Assembly: GCA_002269645.1 (NCBI GenBank)
Contig: NIVC01000306.1
Location: 62,001-126,000, forward strand
From: Macrostomum lignano
Taxonomy: Eukaryota
Length of the DNA stretch: 64,000 bases
Reading direction: 5' to 3'
The translations under genes were made by a program, and so were the position numbers. Under the pieces are notes generated by a model, which saw only the letters and a list, made by a program, of their open reading frames with translations, did not search any database and was not told where the DNA came from. Positions 1-23,374 of this stretch are shown piece by piece. Numbering within the stretch: the first letter of the stretch is position 1; the number at the start of each line of letters is the position of its first letter.

Positions 1-99
1 CTGTTCGGTAGTGGCGCCAAAATATCTGTTCGGTAGTGGCGCTAAAATATCTGTTCAGTAGTGGCGCTAAAATATCTGTTCAGGAATGGTGCTAAAATA
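1..99. repeat. 25-bp minisatellite (tatctgttcggtagtggcgctaaaa)
   Basis: About 4 copies, truncated by the window edge. Confidence 0.85.
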
Positions 100-207
100 A
101 TTATTTACTCAATACAAACTGATTTATTGGAATACCCATCGTCAGTAAAGCAAAAAGTCGGTAATTAAAAAGTTCCAATTTCATAAAAGCCATCTCAGCC
201 TACTCAC

Positions 208-10849
<10,642 letters not shown>

Positions 10850-10859
10850 ATCAGTGTCG

Positions 10860-11090
10860 AGTGTCTCGGACAGTTTACAGAGTGTCTCGGACAGTTCACA
10901 GAGATGATTCTCTCGGACAGTTAACAGAGATGATTCTCTCGGACAGTTAACAGAGATTATTCTCTCGGACAGTTAACAGAGATTATTCTCTCGGACAGTT
11001 CACAGAGATGATTCTCTCCGACAGTTCACAGAGATGATTCTCTCGGACGGTACATAAAGAAGAGTCTCTCGGACAGTTCACAGAGGATAT
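10860..11090. repeat. 26-bp minisatellite (ggacagttcacagagatgattctctc)
   Basis: Direct reading; immediately upstream of the putative TRPM ATG. Confidence 0.88.
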
Positions 11091-11659
11091 TCCCTTGGAC
11101 AAGTTAAAATCGAGATCCTCTCGGGACGTACAGTTTTCAGAGTTGATTCTCTCGGGCAAGTCAAAAGCATCTCTCGGACTAACTGTGTATTGCGCAGTCA
11201 ACTAGTGGTTATAATTTTGTTCCAAAATTTACCCCCAAAAGGTCCGCATCCCCATCAGCATCAACCCCTCCCCCCTTCTTCCCCATCCCTGGTTGCTTTT
11301 AATTAGCAACCTAATGCAGCCAGTTTTTGAGAATAATAAATGAGATATCCAATCGGTCAATATGACTGCAGCTTATCATTCCCTAACATCTGCAATATAA
11401 ATTTATTTGCTCAGCACATAAAGGAGTCAGTATTCAAAACTGAGAGCAGCTATGCGTATAGCATAAAATTATTTTTGCTACTTAATTCATCCGATTAGCG
11501 ATTCAATAAAAACTTTTTAAAATATTTACACCTACTCATAGTAGAATGCAAGGAGACATTACGCAGCGATTCAAATTTAGTTTAATAATATGTATTTTAA
11601 TCTTCTTAATTGAAATCCTATAGGCTAAAGTGATACTAGGACATTTTTTGCTTCCCGAG

Positions 11660-12508
11660 CGCATTTCTGTGGCTTTGATTGGCTTTATTGTCTATGGCCT
11701 AGAGCAGTTCTGTGGCAGTGGTTCTTTGATTGGCTTTATTGTCTATGGCCGAGTGCAGCTCTGTGGCAGTGGCTTTGATTGGCTTTATTGTCTATGGCCG
11801 AGTGCAGTTCTGTGGCAGTGGCTTTGATTGGCTTTATTGTCTATGGCCGAGTGCAGTTCTGTGGCAGTGGCTTTGATTGGCTTTATTGTCTATGGCCGAG
11901 TGCAGTTCTGTGGCAGTGGCTTTGATTGGCTTTATTGTCTATGGCCGAGTGCAGTTCTGTGGCAGTGGCTTTGATTGGCTTTATTGTCTATGGCCGAGTG
12001 CAGTTCTGTGGCAGTGGCTTTGATTGGCTTTATTGTCTATGGCCGAGTGCAGTTCTGTGGCAGTGGCTTTGATTGGCTTTATTGTCTATGGCCGAGTGCA
12101 GTTCTGTGGCAGTGGCTTTGATTGGCTTTATTGTCTATGGCCGAGTGCAGTTCTGTGGCAGTGGCTTTGATTGGCTTTATTGTCCATGGCCGAGTGCAGA
12201 TCTGTGGCAGTGGCTTTGATTGGCTTTATTGTCTATGGCCGAGTGCAGTTCTGTGGCAGTGGCTTTGATTGGCTTTATTGTCTATGGCCGAGTGCAGTTT
12301 CTGTGGCAGTGGCTTTGATTGGCTTTATTGTCTATGGCCGAGTGCAGTTCTGTGGCAGTGGCTTTGATTGGCTTTATTGTCTATGGCCGAGTGCAGTTCT
12401 GTGGCAGTGGCTTTGATTGGCTTTATTGTCTATGGCCGAGTGCAGTTTCTGTGGCAGTGGCTTTGATTGGCTTTATTGTCTATGGCCGAGTGCAGTTCTG
12501 TGGCAGTG
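11660..12508. repeat. 49-bp minisatellite (gtggctttgattggctttattgtctatggccgagtgcagttctgtggca)
   Basis: Period 49 (11769, 11818, ...), about 17 copies. Confidence 0.96.
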
Positions 12509-13004
12509 TCGGGCAAACAATAATTAGTAAGAAATCAAACAAACAACAAGCACCATTAGCTGTCAAATTATCAATCTGATCAATCGATAAAACGCGAGTT
12601 GACAGAAAATCGATAAGCAAATCGTACGAATATTTGTGTATATATATTTATTAATAATATTGAAATATATATTTATCATAAATCAAACGGAATTGAATGC
12701 AAAATTATAACAAATCAACACTGGTGAACATACTTAATAAATAATAAATATAAAACCAAAGGTAAATTTGTAGAATTTTTTTAATATTGCACGCCAAAAA
12801 TGAGACTCAAGTTTTCAAAATAATAGTAAACCAAAGAATGCAAAAAACAACATTTCTGTAATTACTTCGGTACCAGCAATTAGATTTTTAAAAATAAGCC
12901 AACTAGGAAATATTTGTGCAAATTCAGTTTTTGGAATGCATTTTCCTATAAATTAGTCAAGCCAACCTTCAGTCAACTACTGAGAGCAGAACAAATGAGG
13001 CGAT

Positions 13005-13540
13005 TCCCGGGGTGATTCTCAGAGACGACAAAGGGGAGATTCTCAGGGCGATAAAGGGGCGATTCTCAGAGCGATTCTCAGAGGCGTTTTTCAGGTCGAT
13101 TCTCAGAGGCGATTCTCAGGGTGATTCTTAGGGCGATTGTTAGAGGCGATAAAGGGGCGATTCTCAGAGCGATTCTCAGAGGCGTTTTTCAGGGCGATTC
13201 TCAGAGGCGATTCTCAGGGTGATTCTTAGGGCGATTGTTAAAGGCGATAAAGGGGCGATTCTCAGAGGCGATACTCGTAAAGGGGCAATTCTCAAGGCGA
13301 TTCTCAGAGGCGTTTTTCAGAGCGATTCTCAGGGTCTCAGGGGCGTTTTTCAGGGCGATTCTCAGAGGCGATAACGGGGTGATTCTCAGAGGCGATAACG
13401 GGGTGATTCTCAGGGCGATTCTCAGAGGCGATAAAGGGGCAATTCTCAGGGCAATTCTCAGGGCGATTCTCAGAGGCGTTTTTCAGGGCGATTTTCAGAT
13501 GCGATAAAGGGGCAATTCTCAGGGGCAATAAAGAGGTGAT
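13005..13540. repeat. Degenerate ~13-bp minisatellite (gattctcagaggc)
   Basis: Direct reading. Confidence 0.85.
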
Positions 13541-13875
13541 TCTTCATGGCCAGACCAGGTGTGACGACAGTAAAAGTGCTTGCTCATTTGGAAAACTATT
13601 AGTGCTATAAAGTGAATAATCTTAAAAAAAATAAGTACACTTATTTTACAGAAATTTCAAAAAAGTTCTGGCGCAATTCAACAATAATATATGCTGGTAT
13701 AAAACTGCTATTGGAATGCCAATTAGATCAGAAACGCCTAATTTTGTAGATGAGATTATTTGCTATTAACAAAAAATGGAAAAAGCAGCATGCTTGCTTG
13801 TAGGAATATATTAGTTTGTTTGAATTATAAATTTAAATGGAGTTAATTAAAAAAACTAAAGCTGTTGGGCTACTA

Positions 13876-13920
13876 TAGGGGTCTGCAGACTGCGGCTCGC
13901 GGAGCCTTCCTATCCGGCCC
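13876..13920 (+). mobile_element. hAT (Charlie/SPIN-like) terminal fragment
   Basis: taggggtctgcagactgcggctcgcggagcc resembles Charlie-type 5' ends; no partner TIR seen. Confidence 0.45.
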
Positions 13921-14182
13921 TTGGGCCCTTTAAAACTTCACAATAACAATCTGGCCTGCTCAAGCTTGGTGTCTCTTGTCATCTCTTTTCTCTCGCCTCT
14001 CCTCTCCTCTCGTCTCTCCCCTCTTATCTCCTCTCCTCTCTTTACCCTCTTCCACTTTTCTCTTCTCTCCACTCTCCTCTTATCTTTTCTCTCTCTACTC
14101 TCTTCCCTCATCCCCCGGACTAGCAGATAGACTTGGAATTTGTATTAAACAAACATTACACGCTCGCATTGCAGTCAAATTC

Positions 14183-17100
14183 TCAGAGATCCGATTCTCG
14201 AGTGCCCTGGTGTGCAGCGAAATTGATTTGACCTGAGCTGGCTGAAAAAATGTTTTTTAAATTATTAGAAAACTAACATAATCCATTTCAGACACTTCGA
14301 TTCTTAATACTCTAAGAATCCCACACCTCTAGGATTCTTCACATTCTAAGAATCCCACACCTCTAGGATTCTTCACATTCTAAGAATCCCACACCTCTAG
14401 GATTCTTCACATTCTAAGAATCCCACACCTCTAGAATTTCCCACATTCTAAGAATCCCACACCTCTAGAATTTCCCATATTCTAAGAATCCCACACCTCT
14501 AGAATTTCCCACATTCTAAGAATCCCACACCTCTAGAATTTCCCACATTCTAAGAATCTCAAACCTCTAGAATTTCCCACATTCTAAGAATCCCACACCT
14601 CTAGAATTTCCCATATTCTAAGAATCCCACACCTCTAGAATTTCTCATATTCTAAGAATCCCACACCTCTAGAAGTTCCCACATTCTAACAATCCCACAC
14701 CTTTAGGATTCCCCACATTCTAAGAATCCCACACCTCTAGAATTTCCCACATTCTAAGAATCCCACACCTCTAGAATTTCCCACATTCTAAGAATCCCAC
14801 ACCTCTAGAATTTCTCATATTCTAAGAATCCCACACCTCTAGAAGTTCCCACATTCTAACAATCCCACACCTTTAGGATTCCCCACATTCTAAGAATCCC
14901 ACACCTCTAGGGTCCCCACGTTCTAAGAATCTGAGAAATCCAGATCCCCATTACCCCCAGCTCACCTGTAAATGCGACATTAGCGAAGCCGCCAGGCCAT
15001 CCGTCCCGAGCTTCAGCTCTCTGGTACTCCTTGAACTTTTCGTCTCTCGCCTCCGCTCTGGGATCGTGACCTTGGTGAATCTCTTTCTCTTCGAGGCGAT
15101 AAGTTTTAGCGGGCGATCGATTGGCAAAGTAAAACAGCAGGACAGCGAGGACTATAATAACGATGGCGCACACCACTATGATGACGATTAGGAATGATAT
15201 CCTCGCTTGGTTTATCTGCTGGCTGCCGGGCGGCCTGGTAGGGTTGGCGGTGAACAAGCGTATTGGTTTGGTTTAATTATTAGTTTTTATATGGTCTGTG
15301 TTTATGGCATTGTTTTATGGTACTGTGTTTATGGCACAGTGTTTATGGTACTGTGTTTAGGGTACTGTGTTTATGGTACTGTGTTTACGGTACTGTGTTT
15401 ATAGTACTGTGTTTATGGTACTGTGTTTGTGGCAGTGTTCAAAGGGTTGTGCTTATGGATGGGCGTGTGTTTGAGTTTGGGATTGTATAATAATTTAAGG
15501 GGCTTTGTAAATATGATGTCAACAGGGTTGTGCTTTGGGTGTGTGCATTTTTATTATATTTAATATTTACCATAATTTCTCCGTATTCTTACTATAAGTA
15601 GAGTAGTTAATAAAAATATACTATCATTAATTTTATACGTGTAATATTCCACTATTTTTACTGTAAGTAGATTAGTTAATAAAAACGTACTATCATTAAT
15701 TTTATACGTGTAATATTCCACTATTTTTACTGTAAGTAGCGTAGTTAATAAAAATTTACTATCATAAATTTTATACGTGTAATATTTCACTATTTTTACT
15801 GTAAGTAGAGTAGCAAGAAAATTCCATATATATGAAATGAAGCTCACTGAAAAGCCAGCTGTACGCTTAAAAAGCTCAGCGATCCGTGCGGACTCTGAGC
15901 ATCGAAATCGGTAGAATAGAAGCACAGTGGGTCAGCTCTGCAATCGAATCTGCCCAGAGCCACAGTTGGCGAACCGTAGCGACTCTTATCCAGTTTGAGT
16001 CCAGTTAACTCACTACTCAAACTTTTATATCGAAAATTGAACACGGCAGTTAGTGCGGTTCGTTTCTGCAATTCATTTAGAGCTTCAACGCTCCAATCGT
16101 TAGCCAAATCGAATTGGAAAATCTCGTAGATTAGTAAACTATGCTGGGAGGCATTGTTAGCCGTGATGGTGAGGCTGGATACATTCTGACGCATTAGGGC
16201 TGTCACGTCAGTTAGTAAGAAACTATCCAGCCTCAGATAGGCTAATACTTCAACACCGGCTTGGTTTAAATAGGCCCCGTAACTGGCTGTGAAGCCAAAC
16301 TTGAACTTGGCGCCTCTGCCTGCATAGCAGCGCTGAGTCGAGCAGCTGTTCTCATCGATTTCCGGTATGAAATCTGCCCGACTAGGCCGGCTTAGATACA
16401 AAATATTCGAACCAGTCTGGGCTGACAGCCGAGACGAATTCAAACCGAATTTATTGGCCAATTCGGCATTAGAATTGACGCCAACTTCGCAAACAAATCT
16501 GTGATCGAATGGGCGTTTCAAGCGACTCGATGCTGGCGGCTGCAGGACTGTCGTCAGGGTTTGGGCTGACCTGCAGTGTGGAATGACGGGGGGATATTAA
16601 TTAGATTCTACCTTCTACTCTACCCTAGAGTCTACCAACTTCTACTCTACCCCTAGAATCTACCCTTCTACTCTACCCTAGAGTCTACCAACTTCTACTC
16701 TACCCCTAGAATCTACCCTTCTACTCTACCCTAGAGTCTACCAACTTCTACTCTACCCCTAGAATCTACCCTTCTACTCTACCTTAGATCCATCTACACT
16801 ACAAAAGAATCTACATTGTACCCTTCTACTCTAACATAAAATGTACCCCTTCTACTGCACCATGGAATCTACTTTTCTACTCTACTAAACATTCTACCAC
16901 TGTAATTTACCTTATAATCTACCTATCTACACTACCACAGACTACCATTTTACTCTACTTAAGAATCTACTCTTTTATTCTACTATAAAAGTGATCCTTA
17001 TACTCTACCAAAGAATCTACCAATTCACTCTACTACTCTACTCTACAGAATGCAGTTTGCTACTCTGCCACAGTCTACCACGCAGCAAAATCTCACCTAT

Positions 17101-20100
17101 CTGATCCAACTGCAGTTGAATTCAAGCTTACAGTCAGCTCATTGGCAGAGATGCCAACTAATTGTTGAAAACTCGACAAGCTATGCCTGGTCCAACTAAC
17201 TCCAGTTGAAGTATTGGACGCCAGATAAAACACGCTTTGTAGCCTAACGGAGCTCAGGCCAGCATAAGAAGCTGCACAAGTGTAGCTCACCACCTCCCCA
17301 GCCATGGCTAAAACTTTGCCTGGCAACGGATGGGAAGCAGCGGCAGCAGACCCAGAATCAGTTTTGGCAAAACTTGGGGCAGCGACTATGAGCACGTTGA
17401 AGGTGAATGACCTGCAGAGACGGGGAAAGGGTGCGTCTTCGATGGGTATTGCTGTCTTTTTAATTGTACTTTATTATTGGTATTGCTATCTTTTCAGTGG
17501 TACTTTATATAATGGGGTATTTCTACCTTTTTAGTGGCACTTTATTATTGGGTATTGTTACCTTCTCAGTGGTACTTTATTAATGGGTATCGCTACTTTT
17601 TAGTGGTACTTTATTAATGGGTATCGCTACCTTTTTAGTGGCACTTTATTAATGGGTATTGCTACCTTTTAGGGGTACTTTATTAATGGGTATCGCTACC
17701 TTTTTAGTGGCACTTTATTAATGGGTATTGCTACCTTTTAGTGGTACTTTATTAATGGGTATTGCTACCTTTTTAGTGGTACTTTATTAATGGGTATTGC
17801 TACCTTTTTAGTGGTACTTTATTAATGGGTATTGCTACCTTTTCAGTGGCACTTTATTAATGGGTATTGCTACCTTTTAGTGGTAATTTATTAATGGGTA
17901 TTGCTACCTTTTTAGTGGTACTTCATTAATGGGTATTGCTACCTTTTTAGTGGTACTTTATTAATGGCATTGCTACCTTTTTAGTGGCACTTTATTAATG
18001 GGTATCGCTACCTTTTAGTGGTACTTTATTAAAGGGTATTGCTACTTTTTAGTGGTTCTACTGCCCCTACCATCACGCTTAATTAAGTCAAAACCTACAT
18101 ATACTCAAACTACATGTAGAAAGCACAGGAAAACAAGCCATGCAAGCCCCACCTGGATCCAGCAGTGCATCGATAGACACCAGACGGAGCTCTATCCGGT
18201 GACAACTCAATAATATTAGCAGCCCTGGCAACTCTCACTCCACTAATACCAACAGCCGAATCCCAATCAGACACAGTTGGCGGTATCAACAATCTGCCGT
18301 TGGCATAGAAACGATAAACAATAGTTGGATCATCGCATACAATGGGACAGACTAATGCGGTGAAATCTGCACCGGCAAATACGGTGACGTTAGAGTAGGT
18401 GTTAGGCACCAATGAGCACACTTTTGATGCTGATGATGTTGTACAACTTTTATAGTTGAAATCAGTTGGACTAATGAGTCGGGCGTGAACAGTACTCACT
18501 CGATAATAAGGCTGCATCTGACCAGAGACTGACACCACCAGACACAGTCCAATACTAGCCGGCATTCTGCTCAGATAGAAGTTATAAATCTCATTGCTTA
18601 ATCTGCATTTTGAATACCACAATAAGCCGGTGCTCAGATCTAATCGAACCAGTTTCTGTAGCAAAGTGTGCCTTGAATCAAATTTCGAATCGTAACTAGT
18701 AAACATGGTACTCCGTTCGTACTGCACGTAACTGCAACCGTTGGCATCGAAGTTCAACAGTGCACCCAAGTTGACCCGCTGTCTTAAAAAGGCTGGAGCA
18801 GCGGCTAATAAAGCTACCATGCTGGGCTCGACAAACTGAAGACTTGATACGTTGATAGAACTGCTGGCATCTGCAAACTCCCTGCCAGTCAAGAAACTGA
18901 TAGCACTTTGAGTTAGAAAACTTCTACTCGAATATTTAGCTGTCACAGGCGGTACAGCCGGGAAAGCACTGATTGGATCGAGATTCCACACTGACATCGA
19001 GTTGGACTGCAACTCACCGCCAGAATATTGAACTAGAATGCGAAATTCTAGGAAATCTTTGAACACATTCTCATACGAGACTCGACTAGTGGACATTTTC
19101 AATATGAAATCGCTTGTCAACACTGAATCGGTGCTCTGGGTCGAAGTTTGGAAACGTTTCGAAATGCTGAACGCAATGCTGCCAGGTTGTGAGCACTGCT
19201 CAGTGACACTAGCGGTTGTCAAACTGTCTAGGTCCAACTGCTCCTCCACTGACTTGCCGGCGCATCTGAAAATACAACGTTACTTTTCAACAGTTATTCA
19301 AAGGTTGCTTTCGGCACTTCCGGTGTTGTGAAAGGTTTGTGTCATTTGGTACTGTGAAGGTTTTCGTCTTTCGGTGTTTTGTAGGTTTGTGTCCTTCGGT
19401 GTTTTGTAGGTTTGTGTCCTTTGGTGTTGTGAAGGTTTGTGTCTTTAGGTGTTGTGAGGCTTTGTGTCTTTCGGTGTTGGGAAGGTTTTTGTCTTCGGTG
19501 TTGTGAAGGCTTGTGTCTTTCAGTGTTGTGAGGGTTCATGTCTTTCAGTGTTGTGAGGGTTTGTGTCCTTCGGTGTTGTGAAGGCTTGTGTCCTTCGGTG
19601 TTGTGAGGGTTTGTGTTTTCGGTGTTGTTAGGGTTTGTGTCTTTCGGTGATGTGAGGGCTTGTGTCTTTCGGTGTTGTGAAGGCTTGTGTCTTTCAGTGT
19701 TGTGAGGGTTCATGTCTATCAGTGTTGTGAGGGTTTGTCCTTCGGTGTTGTGAAGGCTTGTGTCCTTCGGTGTTGTGAGAATTTGTGTCTTTCGGTGTTG
19801 TGAGGGCTTGTGTCTTTCGGTGTTGTGAAAGGTTTCTGTCTTTCGGTGTTGTGAGGGTTTGTGTCTTTCGGTGATGTGAGGGCTTGTGTCTTTCGGTGTT
19901 GTGAAGGCTTGTGTCCTTCGGTGTTGTGAGAATTTGTGTCTTTTGGTGTTGTGAGGGTTTGTGTCTTTCGGTGTTGTGAGGGCTTGTGTCTTTTGGTGTT
20001 GTGAAAGGTTTCTGTCTTTTGGTGTTGTGAAGGCTTGTGTCCTTCGGTGTTGTGAGGGTTTGTGTATTTTGGTGATGTGAGGGTTTGTGTCCTTCGGTGT

Positions 20101-20732
20101 TGTGAAGTTTTTTGTCTTTCGGTGTTGTGAAGGCTTGTGTCCTTTGGTGTTGTGAGGGTTTGTGTCTTTTGGTGTTGTGACGGTTTGTGTCCTTTGATGT
20201 TGTGAGGGTTTGTGTCCTTCGGTGTTGTAAAGGTTTGTGTATTTCAGTGTTGTGAGGGTTTGTGTCTTTCAGTGTTATGAAAGGTTTCTGTCTTTCAGTG
20301 TTGTGAGGGTTTGTGTCTTTTAGTGTTGTGTGGAATTTTGCTGTTGTAATAGTAACCTCTGAATATTTGGAATTTTTAAGCTTCGAACAATGCAATTTTT
20401 TTATTCCTTGAATATTAAGCTAAAAAACTTTAAACATTGCCGTATTTAGACACAAACAGCGCCTACCTGAAGGCCAACATTATCTTTAATCCTCCACCAA
20501 AATTGCCAGCAACACTGACTTGTACAGTTATTCGATGATCTGCACTAAGAACAGCCAGTGAGTCGGGATAGCCAGCCTCCCAGACATCATCCCAGTTAAA
20601 AAGCAATTTTGAGGGTGGCGAAAATATGAACTGAGGCATGATTTGGGTTGATTGTTGAACAATGCAAGGGATGAGTTTTAATAGTAGCAGCCAAACCACC
20701 AAGGCTGTTTGAACTGTTGTGCACTGATGCAT
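14183..20732 (-). CDS. Type-I single-pass membrane protein, ~927 aa: signal peptide, 2 Ig-like domains, TM helix, L1/neuroglian-like tail, C-terminal ESDL
   Basis: Six phase-consistent exons: 20732-20467, 19265-18114, 17411-17097, 16570-15848, 15234-14966, 14241-14183 (2784 nt). Hydrophobic leader (TALVVWLLLLKLIPC). Ig signatures ALVCPIVC...SGVYRCTAG and AGEVVSYTCAAS...DHRFVCEV. TM segment ISFLIVIIVVCAIVIIVLAVLLFYFA. Confidence 0.78.
14305..14930. repeat. 34-bp minisatellite (attctaagaatcccacacctctagaatttcccac)
   Basis: Period 34; last intron of the Ig-protein gene. Confidence 0.95.
15290..15810. repeat. 14-bp array (15290-15430) and 63-bp repeat, ~3.5 copies (15590-15810)
   Basis: Direct reading. 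Confidence 0.82.
16605..17070. repeat. CTA/CTCTA-rich degenerate repeat with ~52-bp duplications
   Basis: Direct reading. Confidence 0.78.
17490..18055. repeat. ~35-bp minisatellite (tttttagtggtactttattaatgggtattgctacc)
   Basis: Direct reading. Confidence 0.92.
19322..20335. repeat. Degenerate 25-bp minisatellite (gggtttgtgtctttcggtgttgtga)
   Basis: Direct reading. Confidence 0.92.
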
Positions 20733-23374
20733 TGGTGAACTATTGCATGAATTTTATTTTAAATTAAGTTAGTTTTGAATTTGCTAATAATAGTTATTTT
20801 GGTTGATTGGTTGAGTAATATATCAGGCATAAGAATCATAGTGCCATTTGGTTTCCTAGGTAATTTAGGATGCAAGAAGCATTGATCCAATGATCATTAT
20901 TTTTTATTACTATTTTTCTCTCACTATCTACTGTATACTTAGGATATAAAAATGATATATTATACACTATAACATAAAAACCTGCATTAAAACAATTTTA
21001 ATGCAATATTAAAATATAAAAAATAAAACTTATCTAAAAGAAAGTCTATGAATAAAAAATTATATACTATAACCCAATTTCCTATATTTAAATTAAGCTA
21101 TTACTAACTATTGCTATAGCTATATTGCTATTTTATCATAAAAATATAAATAACCTAATATTAGTTAAGTTTTTAGACTTCTTCAAGTATATATTGTTGA
21201 ATACTTCCAGTTCCATTCCAATTTTCCAATTTTTCTTTAAAAACATTAAGATATTGTCTTTCCATTACTTGCTTACCCATAACATAACTATCTTCATTGA
21301 TGACTATTTTATATCTCTTCTAGTCTTCTATGACTTCTAGTTCTAGTGAAATTTATAGCTTTTATTATTTAGATAGTATAGATAGATATTACTGACAGAT
21401 AAAAAATACAGATAATTATTCACAATCGACTACAAGTATATGCATAATAATACACAGAATAAAATCTAATTTTAATCACAGATGATTTTGTCAATAAAAC
21501 AAAAGATCTGCCTGCGGCAATGGCAATCCTACACTTATGTTCGGTGAATTATTTTGACATCAAATTTGTGCCAGTGAATACAAATTGCAGCCCTGTTAAC
21601 ATCGAAAATTTTCGGTACGACTTTAAAAACATTCGATTTGCATATTCGAGACGATAATGCTATGTTAGTAATAGTAGTCTGTAGTATCATACCGTGTCTG
21701 ACGCGGGCGATAAGACGGGTGCAGGAAGTTCAACTTTATGGAAAGATATCTTTTTTGAAACAGTTTGGGACTGCGTGAATCTGTTCAAATACAATAAAAA
21801 AGTGACGTATGATAGTCTTTAAAAACTAACTTCTGATACAACATTAATAATAATTTCTAATTTTTCAATTCATCGAACTTTAAAACATTGTTATAACTTG
21901 CATGTAACACGATAATTAATGATATTGCAAAAAAACCCGTTAATTGTGTCTTGAAAGTGACAGGTTTTACTGAAGTGTTATATATTGTTTTATAGATTGT
22001 AATTACAGAATTACGCTGCCCGTCGAGTCATATAGTCTATATTGGTACAAGTGCATGTACTTGTACATGTACATTAGACAGCGTTGTCTTGCGTTAATTT
22101 ACATTTAAATTAATTAATGGCAAATGAAAGTCCATTTTTGTTTTTTTGGAATGAGCATAACACAGACAACTTTTTGTTTATTTTTTCTCGAAATAATCGA
22201 ATCAATAATTGATAGATATTTTAATTGCAAAAAATTGCAAACACTTAGTTAATAGTTTTAGAGTAATGCCGACTTTTATAAGCATTGTTCACAAATATTG
22301 TACGTGCATGTACGCAATTCGAAGAATATCTAGCTGGTTATAGATAATATCTATAATTATTTGTTTGTGTCATGGAATAATAAGACGCATATTAGGACAA
22401 TAGTTAATAAAGCACAAAAGAGACACGAAAAACTTAAACTTGGTTAAAAAGGGGAAAACCGATAAAAATATCAATAATCGTCATGTACGTAAAGCTAATT
22501 AATAGACTGAAAGTTAGTGGCAAACACAGTGACGTATTATACTATAACTTCTAAATGAATTTCTTTGTCAACGTTTCCGTGATCTTCATTCAAATTTAAC
22601 ATGCTTCAGTATGGGTGAAACTGTGAGTTTACATCTATGTGTATGATGTATGTTCGCCACTAACAAAAAAAAACAAAAATCTTCAATTACACATTTAAGT
22701 GTTTTTACTGCGTAACAAAAATGCTTCACGAGACAGGAGACAGATCGAGCACAACAAATACCAATTATAATGCCAGTAAAATAGCGTTTGATAAAAATTC
22801 ACAGCTATGCAGTTTGATTAATAATAGCAATTCAATTAAAAGGAGCCACAAAAAAGCGCTAGCTGTTGTGCGATGCTTTTGTCTAAATTCATGTATATAG
22901 TTGATATTTTTAAAAGAACTATATTTATCTTCAAGTAACGTTAGACAAGACAAACCAGTTAGAAACATTTTTAAAGTAGTGAAACCTATAAAATATATCG
23001 GGTTTAAAAAAGCAACGGTTTATTAGATGCTGACTTGATTTTAATTTTGCTCCAGGAAAAGTAACAAGCTTGGTAAAATATTATCTCGCTTAAGCGGAAT
23101 TAAAAATTAATTGAGAATCTAAATGAATTGATATTTTCACTAAAGATAAACAAAAATCACAAAGCAAAACGATTGTATATAATCAATTTGCAGCAAAAGA
23201 TCAAACAAAATAGACTATAAACGTTTGTGTTTAGCAAAATCCAGTTGATTTTTGTGACCTAATTTTATCAAACTATTCTATTATAGTTCCAAGAAAAGTC
23301 TTACGGTGTTAGGTGTTCTTTTTAAAAAAAACCGATCTTTTCAAATGGCCCTCGTATATCTAGTTCGCTCCGTA

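Noticed and set aside
11660-12508. CRISPR-like regularly spaced repeats (also 25095-25650 and 28340-29330)
   Set aside because: Units are head-to-tail with no unique spacers, there are no cas genes, and the context is eukaryotic.
21480-21790. Short exon-like open stretches in the AT-rich region (DDFVNKTKDLPAAMAILHLCS...)
   Set aside because: No recognisable motif, and I could not assemble a phase-consistent gene. Left unresolved.
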